Shown here: piece after piece, positions 51,374-60,912 of the stretch
Numbering within the stretch: position 1 is the stretch's first letter
Layout: every line of letters starts with the position of its first letter
From: Phocaeicola sp.
GTDB taxonomy: Bacteria > Bacteroidota > Bacteroidia > Bacteroidales > Bacteroidaceae
Length of the DNA: 64,000 bases
Direction of reading: 5' to 3'
Assembly (NCBI GenBank): GCA_020026225.1
Contig: JAHHQU010000002.1
Location: forward strand, 16,810-80,809
Program-made: the position numbers and the translations under genes
Notes under the pieces: model-generated
Databases searched by the model: none
What the model saw: only the letters and a program-made list of their open reading frames with translations
Told to the model about the DNA's origin: nothing

Positions 51374-52759
51374 ATGTTGAAACAAAGAACCTTAAAAGGC
51401 AGCTTTTCATTGAATGGAAAGGGACTTCATACCGGAGTCAATCTAACCGTAACATTCAATCCTGCCCCAGAGCATCACGGGTATAAAATCCAGCGCATTG
51501 ACCTTGATGACCAGCCCATCATTGATGCTGTAGCAGAAAACGTAGTAGAAACTACTCGCGGCACTGTTTTAGCTAAGAATGAGGTAAAAGTCAGCACTGT
51601 AGAACATGCAATGGCAGCATTGTATGCAGCAGGTATCGACAACTGTCTGATTCAGGTAAACGGACCAGAATTTCCTATCTTAGACGGTAGCGCCAAGGCC
51701 TATGTGGAATGCATTGCAAGAGTAGGAATCGAAGAGCAGTCTGCTCCCAAAGATTACTACATCATCAAAAAGAAAATTGAATTCCGTGACGATAAAACCG
51801 GTTCTTCCATCATCGTTCTTCCAGATGACAGATTCAGTATCAACACGTTGATTTCGTATGACTCTGCCATTTTGAGCAATCAGTTTGCTACCTTGGAGAA
51901 CATGGAAGACTTCCCTAATGAAATAGCTTGTGCACGTACCTTCGTTTTTGTCCGTGAAATCGAACCCCTTCTGGGTTACGGCTTAATCAAGGGTGGCGAC
52001 TTGGACAATGCCATCGTTATCTACGAAAAGCAGATGACCCAAGAAAACTACGACAAGTTGGCCGACATCATGAATGTACCGCACATGGACGCAAGCAAAT
52101 TAGGCTACATCAACCATATACCTTTGGTTTGGCCTAATGAACCTGCCCGCCACAAGCTGCTGGACATTATCGGTGACTTGGCCCTCATCGGCAAGCCTAT
52201 CAAGGGACGCATCATCGCCACTCGTCCAGGACATACCATCAACAACAAATTTGCACGCCAGATACGTAAGGAAATCAAAATCCATGAAATCCAAGCACCG
52301 GTATACAACTGCAACGAACCTCCTTTGATGGACGTAAACCGCATCCGCGAACTGCTTCCTCATCGCTATCCGTTCCAGTTGGTCGACAAGGTAATCGAGA
52401 TGGGTGCAAACTACATCATCGGTGTAAAGAACGTAACGTCGAACGAACCATTCTTCCAAGGACACTTCCCTGAAGAACCTGTCATGCCAGGCGTTCTGCA
52501 GATTGAAGCAATGGCTCAGGTAGGCGGACTGCTCGTTTTAAATTCTATCAGCGAACCAGAAAAGTATTCAACTTACTTCTTGAAGATCGACAATGTAAAA
52601 TTCCGTCAGAAAGTAGTTCCAGGTGATACTTTATTATTCCGAGTAGAAATGATTGACCCAATTCGTCGTGGCATCTCAACCATGAGAGGCTATGTATTCG
52701 TGGGAGAAAAAATTGTCTGTGAAGCCGAATTCATGGCACAAATTGTAAAAAACAAATAA
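51374..52759 (+). CDS. lpxC-fabZ: Bifunctional LpxC deacetylase / FabZ dehydratase
   Basis: GLHTG, TVEH and HKLLD (LpxC) followed by LPHRYPF and FQGHFP..PVMPGVLQIEAMAQ (FabZ). Confidence 0.97.
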   Translation: MLKQRTLKGSFSLNGKGLHTGVNLTVTFNPAPEHHGYKIQRIDLDDQPIIDAVAENVVETTRGTVLAKNEVKVSTVEHAMAALYAAGIDNCLIQVNGPEFPILDGSAKAYVECIARVGIEEQSAPKDYYIIKKKIEFRDDKTGSSIIVLPDDRFSINTLISYDSAILSNQFATLENMEDFPNEIACARTFVFVREIEPLLGYGLIKGGDLDNAIVIYEKQMTQENYDKLADIMNVPHMDASKLGYINHIPLVWPNEPARHKLLDIIGDLALIGKPIKGRIIATRPGHTINNKFARQIRKEIKIHEIQAPVYNCNEPPLMDVNRIRELLPHRYPFQLVDKVIEMGANYIIGVKNVTSNEPFFQGHFPEEPVMPGVLQIEAMAQVGGLLVLNSISEPEKYSTYFLKIDNVKFRQKVVPGDTLLFRVEMIDPIRRGISTMRGYVFVGEKIVCEAEFMAQIVKNK

Positions 52760-52765
52760 GTAACT

Positions 52766-53533
52766 ATGATAAGTCCACTAGCACATATTCATCCTGAGGC
52801 TAAAATTGGAAACAATGTTGAAATAGGTCCTTTCGTTTACATCGACAAGAATGTAGTAATAGGCGACAACAATGTCATCATGCCCAATGCAACAATCCTT
52901 TATGGAGCACGCATCGGCAATGGCAACACCATTTTCCCCAATGCAGTCATTTCAGCCATCCCTCAAGATTTGAAATTTAGAGGCGAAGAATCAACCGCTG
53001 AAATCGGAGACAACAACACCATCCGTGAAAACGTTACCATCAACCGCGGAACCGCAGCCAAAGGAAAGACGATAGTAGGCAACAACAACCTTCTTATGGA
53101 AGGCGTACACGTTGCTCACGATGCCATCATCGGAAACGGTTGCATCATTGGAAATGCCACTAAGTTTGCCGGAGAAACAGTTATTGACGACTTCTCTATC
53201 ATCAGTGCCAGCGTATTGATGCATCAGTTCTGCCGTGTAGGTGGATACGGCATGCTTCAAGGTGGAAGCCGCTTCAGCAAGGATATTCCTCCGTTCATTA
53301 TTGCAGGACGTGACCCTATCACTTATTGCGGAATCAACATTGTAGGCCTTCGCCGTCGCGGTTTTTCAAACGAGCTCATCGAGAACATTCACAACGCTTA
53401 CCGTATCATCTACAGCAGCGGAAAGAATGTAAGTGAAGCACTGGAACAAGTTAAACAGGAGGTACCGATGTCACCTGAGATTGAATATATCATTCAGTTC
53501 ATCGAATCTTCTAAGCGAGGTATTATCCGATAA
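52766..53533 (+). CDS. lpxA: Acyl-ACP--UDP-GlcNAc O-acyltransferase
   Basis: Hexapeptide repeats, PQDLKF, HVAHD, HQF and GLRRRGF motifs. Confidence 0.97.
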   Translation: MISPLAHIHPEAKIGNNVEIGPFVYIDKNVVIGDNNVIMPNATILYGARIGNGNTIFPNAVISAIPQDLKFRGEESTAEIGDNNTIRENVTINRGTAAKGKTIVGNNNLLMEGVHVAHDAIIGNGCIIGNATKFAGETVIDDFSIISASVLMHQFCRVGGYGMLQGGSRFSKDIPPFIIAGRDPITYCGINIVGLRRRGFSNELIENIHNAYRIIYSSGKNVSEALEQVKQEVPMSPEIEYIIQFIESSKRGIIR

Positions 53534-53584
53534 ATATTTTTTGTGTATCTTTACCGAATCAACAGAAACTAAAAAATAAGCAAA

Positions 53585-54130
53585 ATGGTATATAAATTTA
53601 GAATTATATCCGATGAAGTTGACGACTTCTTGCGCGAAATCAAGATCGACTCTGAAGCTTCATTCTATGAACTGCATGAAGCAATTCTTAAATGCTGTGG
53701 TTATTCCAATGACCAGATGACTTCTTTCTTTACTTGTGACGATGACTGGGAAAAAGAAACTGAAATCACCCTGGAAGATATGGGTAATGACAGTTCTGAA
53801 GAAGATTCTTACATCATGAAAGATACACCGCTGAGCGAACTTCTTGAAGATGAAAAACAGAAAATGATTTATGTCTTCGACCCATTGGCTGAACGTGTAT
53901 TCTTCATTGAATTATCTGAAATCATTACAGGAAAGGACTTGGCTAAAGCCGTATGTTCTCGTAAGGAAGGACAAGCTCCTGCTCAGACTATCGACTTTGA
54001 CGAACAAATGGTTACCAACCCTTCTATCGACTTAGATGAAAACTTCTATGGAGATGAAGACTTTAATATGGACGACTTCGATACCGAAGGATTCGATATT
54101 GGCAATGGTAATCCTTACGATAAAGAATAA
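53585..54130 (+). CDS. Acidic conserved protein, pRiA4b ORF-3-like family
   Basis: F.REIKI...SFYELHEAIL and YVFD motifs, with an acidic tail. It lies in the conserved lpxA-miaA position. Confidence 0.7.
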   Translation: MVYKFRIISDEVDDFLREIKIDSEASFYELHEAILKCCGYSNDQMTSFFTCDDDWEKETEITLEDMGNDSSEEDSYIMKDTPLSELLEDEKQKMIYVFDPLAERVFFIELSEIITGKDLAKAVCSRKEGQAPAQTIDFDEQMVTNPSIDLDENFYGDEDFNMDDFDTEGFDIGNGNPYDKE

Positions 54131-54151
54131 TATTGTATATCAGAGAATATA

Positions 54152-54214
54152 ACGAAGGACCTTGTCCGCTTCTTTTCCCTCAGAAAAGTCACGGCAAGGT
54201 CCTTCGTCGTTTTT
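54152..54214 (+). terminator. Terminator-like hairpin upstream of miaA
   Basis: ACGAAGGACCTTG...CAAGGTCCTTCGT followed by a T-rich run. Confidence 0.55.
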
Positions 54215-54230
54215 ATTTATCCACATGCTT

Positions 54231-55142
54231 ATGAACAAACCTTCTTTAATCGTCCTTATAGGCCCTACAGGGGTGGGAAAAACCGAACTGAGTCTCTCCA
54301 TAGCCGAGAAATATCATACTTCCATCATTTCAGCCGACTCCCGACAGCTTTACGGCGACTTAAAAATCGGTACTGCCGCTCCTACTCCCGAACAACTGGC
54401 ACGAGTCACACATTACTTTGTCGGTACCTTAAAACTGACCGATTACTACAGTGCAGCCCAATATGAGGCTGAAGTAATGAAAAAGCTGGACGAACTTTTT
54501 AAAGTGCAGAATGTGGTACTGCTTACGGGAGGCTCCATGATGTATGTAGACGCGGTTTGCAAAGGAATCGATGATATTCCTACGGTAGATAAAGAAACGC
54601 GTGAAATGATGATGAAACGCTACGAGGAGAAAGGACTGGAACAATTGTGTGGAGAACTCAAAGTACTGGATCCAGAATACTACGCGACAGTCGACTTGAA
54701 AAACCCCAAAAGAGTGATTCATGCACTGGAAATTTGCTACATGACCGGAAAAACATATACTTCTTTCCGCACACAAAGCAAAAAAGAACGTCCGTTCAAC
54801 ATCATCAAAATCGGATTGAAAAGAGAACGAGAAGAATTATATGACCGAATCAACCGAAGAGTGGACATCATGATGGAAGAAGGACTCTTAGAAGAAGCCA
54901 AGCGTGTATATCCGTACAAGGAATTGAACTCGCTGAATACAGTCGGCTACAAAGAGATGTTCAACTATTTGGATGGAATATGGGACCTACCTTTTGCTAT
55001 TGAAAAGATAAAGCAGAATTCGCGCATTTATTCACGCAAACAAATGACCTGGTTCAAACGTGATGAAGAAATCACTTGGTTTCACCCAGACGAAAAAGAT
55101 GCAATCCTATCACACATTGATGCCTGCTTGCAGAAAATATAA
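54231..55142 (+). CDS. miaA: tRNA (adenosine(37)-N6)-dimethylallyltransferase
   Basis: [24 protein letters not shown] and KQMTWF motifs. Confidence 0.96.
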   Translation: MNKPSLIVLIGPTGVGKTELSLSIAEKYHTSIISADSRQLYGDLKIGTAAPTPEQLARVTHYFVGTLKLTDYYSAAQYEAEVMKKLDELFKVQNVVLLTGGSMMYVDAVCKGIDDIPTVDKETREMMMKRYEEKGLEQLCGELKVLDPEYYATVDLKNPKRVIHALEICYMTGKTYTSFRTQSKKERPFNIIKIGLKREREELYDRINRRVDIMMEEGLLEEAKRVYPYKELNSLNTVGYKEMFNYLDGIWDLPFAIEKIKQNSRIYSRKQMTWFKRDEEITWFHPDEKDAILSHIDACLQKI

Positions 55143-55210
55143 GCAATTCTTCAATGCAAAGATAAGACTTCAGCAAGATTCCTCAGAAAAGACATTATCC
55201 CTCGAATCAG

Positions 55211-55267
55211 AGGAAATAAAAAACGTCAAGGCACTTCTATAAAATGCCTTGACGTTTTTTATTTCCT
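55211..55267. terminator. Bidirectional terminator (23-bp perfect stem) between miaA and the GT2 gene
   Basis: AGGAAATAAAAAACGTCAAGGCA / TGCCTTGACGTTTTTTATTTCCT. Confidence 0.85.
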
Positions 55268-55329
55268 TTCTATAGCTTTTACTTCGGCAAGAAAACTTAT
55301 ACATTCTTCCTGAAACCAATGTATTGAAA

Positions 55330-56346
55330 TTATAAATCAGAATAAGTCTTCTTACCTCTTACTTTCGATTTCCAAAGGATACTGAAAGAAGTACGTTCCG
55401 GAATATGCTGATTAACGGCTCGTTTCAGATTCTCACGGCGGCTTTCTTCAAAACGTGAACGCAGACGCTTAAACTGTCTGCGGGCACGAAATACAGCCCT
55501 GCAATCACCGAAATTTCCTTTCAAGAAGAAGACTGAAGCGGCCATAAAATCCAGGATGGAACGTTTGAACAAAACAGACTTCAATTCTTTTTCAGGAAGA
55601 TTCTTATAAAGCATCAACAAATTGTTCCGAAAATTCAAGAAGGTCTTTCTCGGATTCTCTTTCTTCAATGTGGCTCCCCCTACATGATAAACCATACTCT
55701 GAGGAACGCAATAGATTCCATATCCCCTACTGTGCAATCGCCAGCAAAGATCGATTTCCTCCATGTGTGCAAAAAAACGTCCATCCAATCCACCTACCTG
55801 TTGATAGATGTCCGCACGAATCATCAAAGCTGCACCAGTTGCCCAGAATACCGGCAGAATAGTATCATACTGACCTTCGTCCTTTTCCACTACATCAAAG
55901 ATACGTCCTCGACAATATGGATAGCCCAACTTATCAATGAATCCTCCGGCTGCACCCGCATACTCGAAGCTTTCACGATGCCGATGACTCAATATCTTAG
56001 GTTGGCAAGCCGCCGCTTCCGGATGACTGTCCATAAAATCCACCAAAGGATTCAGCCAGTCAGGAGTAACCTCCACGTCACTATTAAGCAAAACGACATA
56101 TTCAGCCTCAACCTGTGCAAGAGCACGGTTATACCCCTCAGCAAAGCCGTAATTCTCGTCAAGACGAATGATACGTACGGTAGGGAACTCCTCTTCCAAC
56201 ATCTTGCAAGAACCATCTGTAGAGCCATTGTCGGCTACACAAACTTCCACATCGTGTCCGGTTGAGCAGACTAAAACAGAAGGAAGAAATGCGCGCAGCA
56301 TTTCTTCCCCATTCCAGTTCAGTATAACTATTGATATCTTTTTCAT
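55330..56346 (-). CDS. GT2-family glycosyltransferase
   Basis: SIVILNWNG, DNGSTD, NYGFAEGYN, LLNSD, EEIDLCWR and VYHVGG motifs. It has an ATGA overlap with the mtaB stop. Confidence 0.92.
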   Translation of the reverse strand: MKKISIVILNWNGEEMLRAFLPSVLVCSTGHDVEVCVADNGSTDGSCKMLEEEFPTVRIIRLDENYGFAEGYNRALAQVEAEYVVLLNSDVEVTPDWLNPLVDFMDSHPEAAACQPKILSHRHRESFEYAGAAGGFIDKLGYPYCRGRIFDVVEKDEGQYDTILPVFWATGAALMIRADIYQQVGGLDGRFFAHMEEIDLCWRLHSRGYGIYCVPQSMVYHVGGATLKKENPRKTFLNFRNNLLMLYKNLPEKELKSVLFKRSILDFMAASVFFLKGNFGDCRAVFRARRQFKRLRSRFEESRRENLKRAVNQHIPERTSFSILWKSKVRGKKTYSDL

Positions 56347-57659
56347 TTTATTTCTCCTTTCAAGGAGTTTCCATCCTCATTGAAATCCCCCATAACCACA
56401 TGTACCAGATGATTGTCCAAGTTGTCGTTATGAGCTAATTCCACACGAATATAATTATCTGTAAAGCCATGCATTGGCACTCCAGCTTTTGATTTCTCCA
56501 TCAATACAACGGCCTCTTTTCCGATATGTCGAGCATAGAATGCCTTCGTCTTTTCTTCTGACAAAGCAAGCAATCGCTGGCTACGTTCATGCTTTTCTTC
56601 CGGAGAAACCACATAATCGATTTTAAGTGCCTGGGTACCCGGACGTTCCGAATAGCTAAACACATGCAGCTGTGTTACATCCAATGACTTGATGAAGTCA
56701 TACGCTTTCTCGAAATATTCAGCCGTTTCACCACGTGTACCTACAATCACATCCACGCCAATAAAAGCATCCGGCATCAATTCCTTTATCTTCTTCACCT
56801 TTGACGCAAAAAGATCGGTCGTATATCGACGACGCATCAGTTTCAGCACTTCATCGCATCCAGACTGCAATGGAATGTGGAAATGCGGCATAAAGGCACG
56901 TGAATGAGCTACATACTCTATGATTTCATCGGTAAGCAGATTAGGTTCGATAGACGAAATACGGTAACGTTCGATTCCTTCCACCTGATCTAAAGCCTTT
57001 ACCAAATCAAAGAAAGTTTCTCCGGTCGTCTTGCCGAAGTCACCAATATTCACTCCGGTGATAACAATTTCTTTTCCTCCTTCAGCAGCAGCCTGTCGAG
57101 CTTGAGCAACCAAATCTTCGATTTTTCCGTTGCGGCTTCTTCCTCGTGCAAAAGGAATGGTACAATAAGAACAGAAGTAGTCACATCCATCCTGTACTTT
57201 CAGGAAGTAACGGGTACGATCCCCTCGAGAGCAAGAAGCTGAAAACGTCCGAATGTCTTTAACAGCTGATGTAACCGCCTGTCCATGCTCCTTTTTGTGC
57301 AAATCACCTAAATAGTTGATCAGTTCTCCTTTCTGTTCGGCTCCGAGCACCAAATCAACGCCTTCGATATCCGCTACCTGCTCGGGCTTCAATTGTGCAT
57401 AACAACCAATAACCACGACAAATGCACCGGGATGGTTCTTTACCAAACGATGAATAGCCTGACGACATTTCTTGTCTGCCACTTCCGTTACCGAGCAAGT
57501 ATTGACTACACAAATGTCGGCGACTTCACCTTTTCTCGCTTTTCGAACTCCCATCTCTTTCAAGGTTTTCCCCAAAGAGGAAGTCTCAGCAAAATTCAGT
57601 TTGCATCCTAATGTATAATAAACAGCTTTTTTATCTTGAAATACGGTAGTATCTATCAT
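56343..57659 (-). CDS. mtaB: tRNA t6A37 methylthiotransferase
   Basis: TLGCKLN, VNTCSVT, GCYAQ and radical-SAM CDYFCSYC motifs. The start was set to ATG 57659; a -7 box lies at 57677-57684. Confidence 0.93.
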   Translation of the reverse strand: MIDTTVFQDKKAVYYTLGCKLNFAETSSLGKTLKEMGVRKARKGEVADICVVNTCSVTEVADKKCRQAIHRLVKNHPGAFVVVIGCYAQLKPEQVADIEGVDLVLGAEQKGELINYLGDLHKKEHGQAVTSAVKDIRTFSASCSRGDRTRYFLKVQDGCDYFCSYCTIPFARGRSRNGKIEDLVAQARQAAAEGGKEIVITGVNIGDFGKTTGETFFDLVKALDQVEGIERYRISSIEPNLLTDEIIEYVAHSRAFMPHFHIPLQSGCDEVLKLMRRRYTTDLFASKVKKIKELMPDAFIGVDVIVGTRGETAEYFEKAYDFIKSLDVTQLHVFSYSERPGTQALKIDYVVSPEEKHERSQRLLALSEEKTKAFYARHIGKEAVVLMEKSKAGVPMHGFTDNYIRVELAHNDNLDNHLVHVVMGDFNEDGNSLKGEIK

Positions 57660-57828
57660 AATGAATTTATTTTGTGCAAATTTACTGATAATTTCGGTAT
57701 TAATAAAACAGCGACTTATCATTCAATGTTTGGAAAGGAATTAAAAAAATACAAAATTCCTTCAAACAACCAGCATATACCGACCGACATCGAAATACCG
57801 AACACTTGATTTGAATAGGAAAGAACAT

Positions 57829-57872
57829 AAAAAGAAACGCCCCGACAAGTTAGGACCTGTCGGGGCGTCTTT
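57829..57872 (-). terminator. Terminator of rpsF-rpsR-rplI
   Basis: A-tract plus ACGCCCCGACA...TGTCGGGGCGT. Confidence 0.8.
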
Positions 57873-57895
57873 ATAAAGTATTTACAGATAGCGAA

Positions 57896-58342
57896 TTAAG
57901 CTTCTTCTGCTACTACTTCGAAAGGAATTTCAACTGAAACTTCCTTGTGAAGTTTAACAACTGCTGTGTACTGACCAACTTCTTTAACGTCTTTTACAAC
58001 GATGATCTTACGATCGATGTTGTGACCCAATTTAGCCAATTCTTCAGCAATCTGAATATTACCTACAGAACCGTAGATAACACCTGTAGCACTGACCTTA
58101 GTAGCGATCTTCAAAGATACATCCTTCAAAGATTCTGCAATAGCTTCAGCATCTTTCTTAATCTTTTCCAATTTGTGAGCACGCTGTTTCAAATCTTCTG
58201 CCAACACTTTTTTTGCAGCTGGAGAAGCGATTACAGCCTTGCCAGTCGGAATAAGATAGTTACGTCCGTAACCTGCCTTAACGGTTACAATATCATTCTT
58301 GTAGCCCAAGTTAACTACGTCTTCTTTCAAAATAATTTCCAT
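57896..58342 (-). CDS. rplI: 50S ribosomal protein L9
   Basis: MEIILKEDV.NLG...VKAGYGRNYLIP. Confidence 0.98.
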   Translation of the reverse strand: MEIILKEDVVNLGYKNDIVTVKAGYGRNYLIPTGKAVIASPAAKKVLAEDLKQRAHKLEKIKKDAEAIAESLKDVSLKIATKVSATGVIYGSVGNIQIAEELAKLGHNIDRKIIVVKDVKEVGQYTAVVKLHKEVSVEIPFEVVAEEA

Positions 58343-58360
58343 ACTCTTATTCCTCCTTTA

Positions 58361-58630
58361 TTATTTCATCATATCAGTTACGAAAGGCAGCAAAGCCAAG
58401 TGACGAGCTCTCTTAACAGCCTGCGCAATACGACGCTGGAACTTCAAAGAAGTACCGGTGATACGGCGCGGAAGGATTTTACCCTGTTCGTTCAAGAATT
58501 TCTTCAAGAATTCAGGATCTTTGTAGTCGATGTACTTAATACCACTCTTTTTAAAACGGCAGTATTTTTTCTTTTTAACGTCTACTGAAGGCGGAGTTAA
58601 ATATCTGATTTCTGATTGTTGCTGTGCCAT
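58361..58630 (-). CDS. rpsR: 30S ribosomal protein S18
   Basis: IDYKD...[10 protein letters not shown]...[12 protein letters not shown]. Confidence 0.98.
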   Translation of the reverse strand: MAQQQSEIRYLTPPSVDVKKKKYCRFKKSGIKYIDYKDPEFLKKFLNEQGKILPRRITGTSLKFQRRIAQAVKRARHLALLPFVTDMMK

Positions 58631-58632
58631 GA

Positions 58633-58980
58633 TTAGTTTTCCTCCTTTTTAGTTGATTTAACATTTCTTCTCTTAGCAGCGTATTCTGCAGCGTATTTGT
58701 CCATCTTGAAAGTCAAGAAACGGATAACACGTTCGTCACGACGGTAGTTAAGTTCCAACTTAGCGATTACCGATGGTTCTGCTTTAAATTCAATCAGCTG
58801 ATAGAAACCTGTAGACTTCTTCTGAATTGGATAAGCCAATTTCTTCAAGCCCCAGTTTTCTTCGTTGATGATCTCCGCTCCTTCCTGTGTAAGGATAGCT
58901 TTGAACTTCTCTACCGCTTCCTTCATCTGAACATCAGACAAAACGGGAGTTAAAATGAAAACGGTTTCGTATTGATTCAT
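58633..58980 (-). CDS. rpsF: 30S ribosomal protein S6
   Basis: YETVFILTP...[11 protein letters not shown] -7 box lies at 59027-59034. Confidence 0.98.
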   Translation of the reverse strand: MNQYETVFILTPVLSDVQMKEAVEKFKAILTQEGAEIINEENWGLKKLAYPIQKKSTGFYQLIEFKAEPSVIAKLELNYRRDERVIRFLTFKMDKYAAEYAAKRRNVKSTKKEEN

Positions 58981-59210
58981 ACTATTCGTTAATTTAATTA
59001 ATTAATATTTTTTTTCAATTGCGCTGCAAAATTACTGATTTTTTGGTTACCAGCAAACTTTTATGTAATATTTTATCTCTAAATCTGATTTTTAATCTCT
59101 TTTTATGAATTAATTATCTTTAAACTTGTTTTCAGCGGGATATGGAACTGCAATTTGCTTATATCACATTATTTGTTGTATCTTTGCATTGTTGCTTAAA
59201 CAATAATTTC

Positions 59211-59657
59211 ATGATAGAACAATTCAATTTCGATATCCAGCTTATTTTTGCCATTCTGAATGGTAAAGTATCAGCAGCTATCAATAGAAAGCTGAGTCGC
59301 AATTTCCGACAAAACGGTATGGAAATTACGCCTGAACAATGGACTGTCCTCCTATTCTTATGGGAAAAGGATGGAGTAACCCAACAAGAATTGTGCAACG
59401 CTACCTTCAAGGACAAACCAAGCATGACCCGCTTGATTGACAATATGGAACGCCAACATCTAGTGGTTAGAATTTCCGACAAAAGAGACCGACGAACCAA
59501 CTTGGTCCATCTGACCAAAACGGGAAAGGAATTGGAAGAAAAGGCCCGGTTCATTGCCAATAAGACATTGAAAGAAGCATTGCACGGACTGACCTTGGAA
59601 GAACTGAGAGTAAGTCAAGAAGTGCTGAGAAAAATATTCACAAACACCAAATCCTAA
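59211..59657 (+). CDS. MarR-family transcriptional regulator
   Basis: ITPEQWTVL...TQQEL...MTRLIDNME...DRRTNLVHLTKTG. A -7 box lies at 59179-59186. Confidence 0.92.
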   Translation: MIEQFNFDIQLIFAILNGKVSAAINRKLSRNFRQNGMEITPEQWTVLLFLWEKDGVTQQELCNATFKDKPSMTRLIDNMERQHLVVRISDKRDRRTNLVHLTKTGKELEEKARFIANKTLKEALHGLTLEELRVSQEVLRKIFTNTKS

Positions 59658-59868
59658 CCGAACGAAAGCAGCAAACAAACGAAAGGGACGGAAGTCCGTT
59701 CACGGTTCCAAGGAAAAGAGGGAGCTTGATTCAAAACCCAACCACAAGCCTTGAAAGATAGACATTTCGTTGATTTTCTGTTTTTTTTCACAAAATAATT
59801 TTCTTGAATAAAGAATTATGCTTTAATTTGTAACCAGTAAAGAATAAACCATAAAAAAGAAGACACAC

Positions 59869-60045
59869 ATGAAAAGTTTATTAAAGAATTTAGGAGTGAT
59901 ATTGGTTATCATTGGTGCTGTTATTCTGATCGCTTGCTTCGCAACTGGTAATGTGAACAACAACACTGTCCTTGGATCATCACTATTTCTTGTGATTTTA
60001 GGATTGATTTCTTATATCGTTATCAACAAACGTATTACTGACTGA
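59869..60045 (+). CDS. Small (58 aa) two-TM membrane protein, below the ORF-track cutoff
   Basis: MKSLLKNLGVILVIIGAVILIACFATGNVNNNTVLGSSLFLVILGLISYIVINKRITD*, with an A-rich leader and its own terminator. Confidence 0.75.
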   Translation: MKSLLKNLGVILVIIGAVILIACFATGNVNNNTVLGSSLFLVILGLISYIVINKRITD

Positions 60046-60061
60046 TTTTTTACAGTTGGAT

Positions 60062-60101
60062 AAAAAAGGTGAATCGCCCCAAAGTCGATTCACCTTTTTT
60101 T
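60062..60101 (+). terminator. Terminator after the small membrane protein gene
   Basis: AAAAAAGGTGAATCG...CGATTCACCTTTTTTT. Confidence 0.8.
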
Positions 60102-60156
60102 ATTCCCTAAAATCAACTTGCAAACAATCAACAAGCAGCTTTAGACCCCTGCAAAC

Positions 60157-60197
60157 GAAACAAGCCTCAGAAGCATGAAGCATCTGAGGCTTGTTTT
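60157..60197 (-). terminator. Terminator-like hairpin after rprY
   Basis: AAACAAGCCTCAGA...TCTGAGGCTTGTTT. Confidence 0.65.
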
Positions 60198-60212
60198 CAT
60201 ATAAAGAAGTTA

Positions 60213-60911
60213 TCAGTTGATATCTGGAGCAATCAGTTTGTATCCCTTACCATGAATATTAATGATTTCAATGGTATCGTCTTCTTTCAAGTGCTTACGC
60301 AATTTGGTAATATAAACGTCCATACTTCTTGCATTGAAGTAATTGTCGTCAATCCAAATAGTCTTCAAAGCGAAATCACGCTGCAAGATTTCATTTGCGT
60401 GAGCACAAAGCAAAGCCAACAGTTCAGATTCCTTCGTAGTCAATTTAGTCTGCTTGGTACCGTTAGAAAGAATCTGCTTTTGGGTATCGAATGTAAAACA
60501 TCCCAAATGATAAACAGTGCTTTCTCTATTACGTTTACCTCTTACACGACGCAAAATGGCTTCAATACGGAAAGTCAACTCTTCCATGCTGAAAGGTTTA
60601 GTAATGTAATCGTCTGCACCAATCTTGAATCCTTCAAAAATATCTTCCTTCAAGGTCTTTGCAGTCAAGAAGATTACTGGAATATCGGCATTAACCGCAC
60701 GGATATCTTGTGCCATAGTAAATCCATCTTTTTTAGGCATCATCACATCCGTAACAACCAAATCATATTTATTTTTCAAAAAAGCTTTAAAGCCAGCGTC
60801 GCCATCAGGATACAATTCTGCAGAATATCCCTTAGCCTGTAAATATTCTCTCAATAACATGCCAAGATTCTCATCATCTTCGCATAATAAAATACGTAAT
60901 TTTTCGTCCAT
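60213..60911 (-). CDS. rprY: OmpR-family response regulator RprY
   Basis: LLCEDD, TDVMMP, FLTAK and GADDYITKPF motifs, plus a winged helix (RSMDVYITKLRK...GKGY). Confidence 0.9.
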   Translation of the reverse strand: MDEKLRILLCEDDENLGMLLREYLQAKGYSAELYPDGDAGFKAFLKNKYDLVVTDVMMPKKDGFTMAQDIRAVNADIPVIFLTAKTLKEDIFEGFKIGADDYITKPFSMEELTFRIEAILRRVRGKRNRESTVYHLGCFTFDTQKQILSNGTKQTKLTTKESELLALLCAHANEILQRDFALKTIWIDDNYFNARSMDVYITKLRKHLKEDDTIEIINIHGKGYKLIAPDIN

Positions 60912-60912
60912 A

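Noticed and set aside
53585..54130. pRiA4b ORF-3/TnpR-like gene as a mobile element
   Set aside because: There is no transposase, terminal repeat or target duplication, and it lies inside the conserved lpxA-miaA cluster.
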